A stretch of DNA of 64,000 nucleotides. Origin: Candidatus Tenebribacter davisii. GTDB taxonomy: Bacteria > Cloacimonadota > Cloacimonadia > Cloacimonadales > TCS61. The translations under genes and the position numbers were made by a program. A model generated the notes under the pieces. That model was not told the DNA's origin and made no database searches. It saw nothing but the letters and a program-made list of their open reading frames with translations. Every line of letters starts with the position of its first letter. Positions within the stretch are counted from its first letter, which is position 1. The stretch lies in contig JAVCCH010000025.1 of assembly GCA_030765535.1 (NCBI GenBank), forward strand, positions 7,871 to 71,870, read 5' to 3'. Positions 59,029 to 64,000 of this stretch are shown piece by piece.

Positions 59029-59912
59029 TGTTTTTCAATCTCAACTGATGATTTATTTATATAAAATCTAAAGATCAGCTCTCTGTTATTATCATTATCT
59101 TCAATTGTAATGTGGTGTATTCCTTCAGGTAATTTTATAATATTCACATCACCTGTTGATGGAGTTATATCAGATTCATTTTTAAGCCAGTTTTTTTTAG
59201 ATTTATAAGCTTTTTCGGAAAATTCTGCAAATAACACACGGTTATCAAACACTTTGAAACGGTAGCCGGAGTTATTAATGAAATTAGTATTGAATAACAT
59301 TCTGCTGATTATTTTTAATACAATTGGCCCTTCCAGCGTAAGATGAATTTTATTAGCTTTTGGTGTATAATAGGTGTATTCTTTTTCATCGAGAACAAGA
59401 ATTTTTTCATCACCGTAGAAAATTGGTGTAAATCGGATATAATCTATTTCTTTATTTGAAGTAATAATATTACTCCCGATAATTTTAAATACAAGGTCAT
59501 TCTGGGAAATATTAGTTATTTCGACTGAAGTTTTTTCATTAAGAATATTCGTTGAAAATTTATTATAGCTGGAAACCCTTTCTCCATTTACTCCTCTGCT
59601 GGTTTTACTTAAGCTTGCAGATTTATCCAGAATTCTCTCTTCAGCACCGATCACGAGTTTATATTGATAATCCAATAAGGAATTTCTGCTCACAATTGTA
59701 CGTGAATATACATTAAGGGTATCAACATTCAGCAGAGCACAAGATATGTTCTCGGAAGGTTTCAAAATAATATAATTATATAGTTTACTATTCCTTCTAT
59801 TGAATATAAGGAAATCTTTCGGTTCAGAATTATAATTAATTTCCGCTGCAAAAGCTGAGAGCATTATTGCCAGTAATGCAATAAAAAGAAAAATCTTTTT
59901 TTTACTAAACAT
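59025..59912 (-). CDS. Secreted hypothetical protein with two similar beta-rich halves, in the pgs operon
   Basis: Signal peptide; halves 'YNYIIL...LNVYSR...YQYKL' and 'YTYYTP...LKIISR...YRFKV'; start overlaps the pgsW stop. Confidence 0.6.
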   Translation of the reverse strand: MFSKKKIFLFIALLAIMLSAFAAEINYNSEPKDFLIFNRRNSKLYNYIILKPSENISCALLNVDTLNVYSRTIVSRNSLLDYQYKLVIGAEERILDKSASLSKTSRGVNGERVSSYNKFSTNILNEKTSVEITNISQNDLVFKIIGSNIITSNKEIDYIRFTPIFYGDEKILVLDEKEYTYYTPKANKIHLTLEGPIVLKIISRMLFNTNFINNSGYRFKVFDNRVLFAEFSEKAYKSKKNWLKNESDITPSTGDVNIIKLPEGIHHITIEDNDNNRELIFRFYINKSSVEIEKQ

Positions 59913-61008
59913 TGATCTCATCATCTTTTATTTTTAATTCTCTATGATCAAAGAAAATTACCATTAAAATCAAGAACAATAATATAACAAATGATATGGT
60001 AGCAATTGTTAAATTATATTTTTCATCTTCGAACATATTCCCATTGCCAGGCTTAGGAAGCGGATCCGGTGCAATTGGAAGATCTTTACTTTCCGCCAGT
60101 CTAGTAATATCCAATAGATGGATAATTGGTATACCTTCATCCGCAAAAAGAAGCATCGTGCCTTTAATAGGGGGATTGGATAACGAAAGATACCTATGGA
60201 AACCAGGTGTAATAAGTCTTCCATTCAGGGTAGCGCCAATACTGGAAAGACCGCCGCCAATATTAACATATAACGCTATTTCATTGTTACTGATAGTATT
60301 GTAAATTTCCATTTTTTTTGCAATATTCTGTTCTAGTGTCTCGCCATGAACTAACTGAATATTGTGTTTATTAATATTTTTAATTATAAGCTCACGTCCA
60401 TTCTTACTCAATCCTCTGCCCAGATCTCGTCCACCACCAATGGAAGTAGCAACACTTTTATAATTAAATATATTTTTCTGGATGAAAAATTCTTCCATAT
60501 CAAGCCAGGTAAAATCAGGGTCAGTAGCTCCGAACATTGAAGCGCCGATTGACGAGATGATAATTGGATCTAATCCCATAACTTTTGCAGCACTTAAAAC
60601 AGCAATATTAAGAGCAGGAAAGGAACCTGTGCAGCTTATTGCGATCTTATCACCTTTTTTCAAATTTGCTTCTTTGAACATTTCTACGATCACTGCAGCA
60701 AAATTAGGGTTTAAGCTTGTCAGTTTAGAGGTAAGATCACCGCGATCAGTTACAATTGGTGATTGCTTATCACCTATCATTGCAGTTCTATTCGGGTCAT
60801 TTACTTCATCTATGTATATACCTAGGTCATTTCTATAATCCTTAATAGCCGATTCAGCTTCCTGCATTAATTTAGCTGCCATAAGTTTCTCTTCATAATA
60901 TTCATCACTCACAAAAACTCGTGAGTTTTCTACCCGTATAAATAATGCTAAAGCGATCAGCATCAATGAGATTAAACTAAATTTTGATTTTGCACTGGGA
61001 ATAAACAT
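59905..61008 (-). CDS. pgsW: Poly-gamma-glutamate system protein
   Basis: 'DPNRTAMIG', 'KLTSLNPNFAA', 'SCTGSFPALN', 'SSIGASMFGATDP' and 'YVNIGGG'; N- and C-terminal TMs; follows pgsC. Confidence 0.85.
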   Translation of the reverse strand: MFIPSAKSKFSLISLMLIALALFIRVENSRVFVSDEYYEEKLMAAKLMQEAESAIKDYRNDLGIYIDEVNDPNRTAMIGDKQSPIVTDRGDLTSKLTSLNPNFAAVIVEMFKEANLKKGDKIAISCTGSFPALNIAVLSAAKVMGLDPIIISSIGASMFGATDPDFTWLDMEEFFIQKNIFNYKSVATSIGGGRDLGRGLSKNGRELIIKNINKHNIQLVHGETLEQNIAKKMEIYNTISNNEIALYVNIGGGLSSIGATLNGRLITPGFHRYLSLSNPPIKGTMLLFADEGIPIIHLLDITRLAESKDLPIAPDPLPKPGNGNMFEDEKYNLTIATISFVILLFLILMVIFFDHRELKIKDDEINV

Positions 61009-61016
61009 GATTCTCC

Positions 61017-61466
61017 TTATCCTATGATTTCTCCACCAAATATCAACACTAACAAAAAGCGCACTACTACAGCAGCAATAACCATAATTGAAAGCGTTTT
61101 TATAATACCTTGTTTTTCCATTGCATTAGCAATAAGACCAGGGATAATAAATCCAATGACATTAACAGAATAATCTGTTGAAAAATGTGCAAATACACTG
61201 TACTGCCTGGTCATCCAACCAATAACAAATCCAAGCAGAACGGTAATAACCATTCGCCTTCTTCCGTAAATAAACATGAACTTCCCAAGAATTTTGACAA
61301 TGATGAGCACTACAATACTAATTGATAATGTAGCTAAAATTGTAATCGGTTGATGTAAATACATTGCTACATAACCTGCCACCACAATTCCGCCGGCAGC
61401 TGCTCCAAAAGTCTCTAAAAAGAACAGACTGATCAACACTCCTAACCCAATCGCGACTTCAAACAT
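61017..61466 (-). CDS. pgsC: Poly-gamma-glutamate biosynthesis protein C (CapC)
   Basis: 'GGIVVAGYVA', 'YGRRR' and 'IGFIIPGLIAN...KQG'. Confidence 0.92.
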   Translation of the reverse strand: MFEVAIGLGVLISLFFLETFGAAAGGIVVAGYVAMYLHQPITILATLSISIVVLIIVKILGKFMFIYGRRRMVITVLLGFVIGWMTRQYSVFAHFSTDYSVNVIGFIIPGLIANAMEKQGIIKTLSIMVIAAVVVRFLLVLIFGGEIIG

Positions 61467-61530
61467 TTTTATTCCTTTCTTTATAAACTTGATTTATTAT
61501 CTTACAACTATTTTCAATAACTATTTGCAT
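61459..61530 (-). CDS. Candidate 23-aa peptide coupled to pgsC
   Basis: AAGAGG RBS, MQIVIENSCKIINQVYKERNKNV; the stop overlaps the pgsC start (ATGTTTGA). Confidence 0.3.
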   Translation of the reverse strand: MQIVIENSCKIINQVYKERNKNV

Positions 61531-61552
61531 TTTTCCTCTTTTAAATAAATAA

Positions 61553-63022
61553 TCAATTAGATTTAATTTCAGGAAGATCTGTTTTACGTCTTCCTCCAAG
61601 CCTATTCGGTCCTCTTCTATCATGATTTCTAAACCGTGCTTGATGCACACTTAAAACATTACCAAAATATTCTTTATTATCAAGTGCAGAGATAGCTTTC
61701 CAAGCTTCTTTTTTCGGCATATCAATAAATGCATATGCTTTCAATTCATCATTAATCTTATCTGTGTGGATATTGATAGTTTTTACATCTCCATAATCTG
61801 AAAATAAAGCTTTTAATGATTTTTTTTCAACATCTTTAGGCATATTGCCAACAAAAATTTTCATTGCTATCTCTTCAGAATAATAATTTACAATAATTCC
61901 ACCGTTCCCGCCAATATTACCTATACCAAGCATTAGTATCTCTTTCGCAGGTAATTTTACCACATATTTTGTCAACTCTTCTCCGGTAACCCAACCACAG
62001 TCAGTGATCTTTTTCTTAGCTAATTTATTAGTCATTGCATAAGAATAGATCGTATTAGTCTGTTTACCGATCAAATAGAGGTGATCATAATGAACTTCTT
62101 TAAGCATGCGAATAAGCTGTTTAGAACGGAAGATCCTGTCATCTCTTGTATTCAGCACAATTGCAACAGCATGAGTACGGGGATAAAGCTCTTTTACAGA
62201 GTTGATAACAAATTCTGTAGATTCCGGATCGTTAGCAGCAAAAGCATGAACAAAATGCAATTCTGTATCTTTGCTCTTATTCAAATAGATCTCCATTGCT
62301 CCAATATCTGGTTGTGCTGTATACATACCCTCCAAAGCTGTTTTTTTATCAATCCCAAAATGTTCACAAACCTTTAATGATAGAGCAACATTATCCTTAT
62401 GCTCAATATGAGAAAATCCCTGCATATCTTCCTTAGATATTCCTGAATCATCAGATTGGATAATCTCGCAATGCATTTTTTTAGCTTCTTTTTTAATAAG
62501 AGGAAAAACTTTTTTCTCAGCCGTAAATAGTATTCCGTGTCTGGGAATTGTATTACAGAGAGATAAAGTTACATTTTTAAGCCCTGGTCCCATAACATCC
62601 AGGTGATCTAATCGGGAATTTGTGATAATACCAATATTAGATTGTACTATCTCATGTTCTGTAACCCATTGATATTCTGGGGTAACAGCCATACACTCAA
62701 GAACAAGAATATCAATTTTTCTTTTAGCTGCAAATTTTATTATCTTGATCTGTTCTTTGATGTTTGCACCATGATGTCTGACAATTGGAGTTTCACTTCC
62801 ATTCTCGAAAATTAAAGCCGGAGCTGAACCTGTAGTTTTTGCAATTATTCTCTTCCCACCGGCGCGAAGTCCGGCAGCAATTAAACGAGTAACACTAGAT
62901 TTACCTCTAGTTCCGTTTATATGGATGATCATGGGAATTTTTTTTCTACTGATCTTACATTTTTGGAATTCATAGATACCATAAGAGATCAGAAGTAAGA
63001 GTCCAAGTATTAAACCAAGCAT
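61553..63022 (-). CDS. pgsB: Poly-gamma-glutamate synthase B (CapB) read in frame into an RRM RNA-binding domain
   Basis: 'HINGTRGKSSVTRLI', 'GTTGS'-like 'KTTGS', 'LECMAV', 'ITNSRLDHLDVMG', 'FAANDPES' and 'GIGNIGG'; then from 61864 an RRM with RNP2 'IFVGNM' and RNP1 'KAYAFIDM'. Confidence 0.88.
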   Translation of the reverse strand: MLGLILGLLLLISYGIYEFQKCKISRKKIPMIIHINGTRGKSSVTRLIAAGLRAGGKRIIAKTTGSAPALIFENGSETPIVRHHGANIKEQIKIIKFAAKRKIDILVLECMAVTPEYQWVTEHEIVQSNIGIITNSRLDHLDVMGPGLKNVTLSLCNTIPRHGILFTAEKKVFPLIKKEAKKMHCEIIQSDDSGISKEDMQGFSHIEHKDNVALSLKVCEHFGIDKKTALEGMYTAQPDIGAMEIYLNKSKDTELHFVHAFAANDPESTEFVINSVKELYPRTHAVAIVLNTRDDRIFRSKQLIRMLKEVHYDHLYLIGKQTNTIYSYAMTNKLAKKKITDCGWVTGEELTKYVVKLPAKEILMLGIGNIGGNGGIIVNYYSEEIAMKIFVGNMPKDVEKKSLKALFSDYGDVKTINIHTDKINDELKAYAFIDMPKKEAWKAISALDNKEYFGNVLSVHQARFRNHDRRGPNRLGGRRKTDLPEIKSN

Positions 63023-63023
63023 A

Positions 63024-63809
63024 TTATTCCACTGTTAGTGTTCCATTCATAATCTCAATTTCGTTAAAATTAGATATTGGTTCACCGTTTTCGTCCAACA
63101 TCTGAACGTTTTCAAAACTTAAACTACTGCTACCTGCTTGTAAACCTATCACTTTAAAAGTTAAAAGCTCTTCATTACCATTGATCTCATCAATTCCCGG
63201 AGTTTGCTGTAAACTAATTGCTACATTAATTCTTCCATTTTCCAACACAATCAATTCTACAACATCATTACCCCAAATCGATCCAATTGTTAACATATCA
63301 GGCACTGGTTCAATTATAGAATTATCGAAAATGATCTCAGCTGAAAAAGCAAAAAGTTCACTTACATTTTCTACTTGAATAGAAACCTCCAATTCCTCAT
63401 CTATATTGATAACACTCTCATACGGAGAAATTAGTAGTTCTAGTTGATTAATAAGAGTTACAGTGATTTCTGTTGAAGTTGCTGAATTATCTGAACTGTC
63501 AAATGCTTTAGCATAGATCGTATGCTCTCCAAACATATCGGTAGTATCCCAATCATATTGATATGGGCTTTCTTCATCAGTAAATACTAAATTAGAATCT
63601 ATGTACAATTCTACAGAATCAATTTCTTCGTTATCCTGAGCATCTATTGTAATAGTAACTATAGAATTAGAAGCTAAAACCGCATTATCTATCGGACTAG
63701 AAATACCAACAGTTGGTATTTCTGTATCAGGATTCGTACTATTATTTCCACATGAAATTATTATCATTAATGTAATTATTATAAGAATGAGTAAATTAAC
63801 TCTTTTCAT
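63024..63809 (-). CDS. Lipoprotein with an Ig-like (Big) domain and a cohesin-like domain
   Basis: Lipobox IISC; 'PTVGISSP...VELYID...PYQYDWDT...HTIYAKAFD'; then 'VSIQVENVSELFAFSAEIIFD...LLTFKV...SSLSFENVQMLDENG'. Confidence 0.75.
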   Translation of the reverse strand: MKRVNLLILIIITLMIIISCGNNSTNPDTEIPTVGISSPIDNAVLASNSIVTITIDAQDNEEIDSVELYIDSNLVFTDEESPYQYDWDTTDMFGEHTIYAKAFDSSDNSATSTEITVTLINQLELLISPYESVINIDEELEVSIQVENVSELFAFSAEIIFDNSIIEPVPDMLTIGSIWGNDVVELIVLENGRINVAISLQQTPGIDEINGNEELLTFKVIGLQAGSSSLSFENVQMLDENGEPISNFNEIEIMNGTLTVE

Positions 63810-63825
63810 TTTATTCTCCATTATG

Positions 63826-64000
63826 TTATTTTAATAAGATCATTTTCTTAGTATCTATAGTCTTACCATCAATCTTTAACTTGTAAAGATATAAGCCACT
63901 GCTTACTTTCCGATTAGAATTATCATTCCCTTGCCAGACGATTGTATGTTCCCCGGCATTCATCTGGGATCTTACAAGTTCTTTTACTAATTGACCCTTA
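63826..64000 (-). CDS. 3' end of a secreted protein with a FlgD/T9SS-like CTD (partial)
   Basis: KGQLVKELV...GEHTIVWQGNDNSNRKVSSGLYLYKLKIDG...KKMILLK-stop. Confidence 0.85.
   Translation of the reverse strand, partial: KGQLVKELVRSQMNAGEHTIVWQGNDNSNRKVSSGLYLYKLKIDGKTIDTKKMILLK

Noticed and set aside
1-64000. CRISPR array, IS element, prophage, tRNA or rRNA
   Set aside because: I found no regularly spaced repeats, transposase, integrase or phage motifs, cloverleaf, or rRNA-like GC-rich tract; the intergenic spaces are short and mostly accounted for.

Overview
AT-rich (roughly 30% GC by eye) bacterial chromosome segment. It is most likely from Candidatus Cloacimonadota, inferred from several secreted proteins ending in the 'NYPNPFN...KGQ...WDG.D...SG.Y.Y...KM.LLK' FlgD/T9SS-like C-terminal domain. 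In order, the window holds: a frameshifted outer-membrane protein, an EamA transporter, a chalcone-isomerase-fold protein, an unannotated 59-aa Zn-ribbon/TM microprotein, a DUF212 protein, an archaeal-type gatE-gatD pair, an ABC exporter, an internally deleted SbcD-like gene and a GAF/fRMsr gene. A ~15-kb minus-strand surface-glycan operon follows (GT2, GT4s, Wzx, WcaJ-like transferase, two deacetylase-fold proteins) with a PorZ-like protein and aroB embedded in it. Next come DUF296, ppdK, a PAS-PAS histidine kinase and stand-alone receiver, and a module of an ECF sigma with a C-terminal extension facing a small secreted protein behind an ECF41-like promoter. A cobalamin-riboswitch btuF-btuC | btuD-btuB-btuG-like locus is split by an antisense rrf2-iscS-iscU cassette whose IscS has lost several substrate-binding residues. 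An operon of a 1812-aa Ser/Thr kinase-STAND-TPR-GAF-GAF-His kinase, a GT9-like protein, a TPR protein and an OM barrel follows, then mrp, an NTP transferase, a B12 radical SAM and a secreted CTD protein. The window ends with a poly-gamma-glutamate locus (pgsB read in frame into an RRM domain, pgsC, pgsW, and two candidate envelope-export genes). I saw no rRNA, tRNA, CRISPR array or transposase. All family calls come from motif recognition by eye; no database search was run.
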